The notes under the pieces were generated by a model. It was not told the origin of the DNA. It saw only the letters and a list, made by a program, of their open reading frames with translations, and made no database searches. Below are positions 63,953 through 64,000 of a DNA stretch of 64,000 bases, piece after piece. The stretch's first letter is position 1. Each line of letters begins with the position of its first letter. Source of the DNA: a virus; IMG/VR virus record IMGVR_UViG_3300045988_075599, positions 1-64,000 of that record. The stretch is one strand, 5' to 3'. The position numbers and the translations under genes are program-made.

Positions 63953-64000
63953 TTATATATCACCTCTCTTAGAATAATCCAGTCTTAGACCGAGTGTTTG

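Noticed and set aside
1452-63988. The many antisense or nested ORFs in the track (for example 2320..3063 +, 12581..13495 +, 14818..15621 +, 62969..63988 +)
   Set aside because: Each lies inside a longer, motif-bearing ORF on the opposite strand or in another frame. They lack SD sequences and have skewed, low-complexity composition typical of shadow frames.
1-64000. CRISPR arrays, rRNA genes, integrase/recombinase, reverse transcriptase (DGR/retron) and IS elements
   Set aside because: I found no regularly spaced direct repeats with spacers, no rRNA-like sequence, and no ORF with recombinase or RT motifs. The only mobile elements I can support are the intron and the intein.

Overview
This window reads as one contiguous piece of a tailed dsDNA phage genome. 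No rRNA, CRISPR array, integrase or recognisable lysis genes were seen. Almost every gene has an AGGAGG-type Shine-Dalgarno, and several promoters have the form TTGACA-N17-TAnnAT. Together with oxygen-sensitive or B12-type enzymes, this suggests an anaerobic Gram-positive host (inference).

Layout:
- 1..20488 (- strand): virion and packaging module. It holds a TSCPD-like small protein, large terminase, portal, tRNA-Gln, scaffold, a major capsid gene interrupted by a LAGLIDADG-containing intron, three connector-like paralogs, a tail spike and fibre genes.
- 20.5-22.5 kb: mostly non-coding divergent region with repeated promoter-like cassettes, phased repeats and hairpin-dense RNA-like sequence.
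- 22529..31011 (+ strand): early operon with two amidoligase-like proteins, a class-II glutamine amidotransferase and an SNF2 ATPase.
- 31059..46556 (- strand): replication, recombination and nucleotide module. It holds an intein-containing class-II RNR, a ThyX-like protein, a resolvase-like nuclease, a Cas4-like nuclease, primase-helicase, a Rad52-like protein and DnaE.
- 46.56-47.39 kb: promoter cluster plus an ORF-free structured stretch.
- 47390..49252 (+ strand): small genes.
- 49291..63952 (- strand): a 4017-aa protein with an HExxH motif, a lytic transglycosylase and a Gly-rich protein.

The most unusual content is a cluster of two radical-SAM/SPASM-like enzymes and two paralogous proteins with 15-Cys CX3C ladders, inserted in the tail-fibre operon (5012..8695). 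All calls rest on reading the sequence and ORF track and on remembered family signatures. No database search was run.
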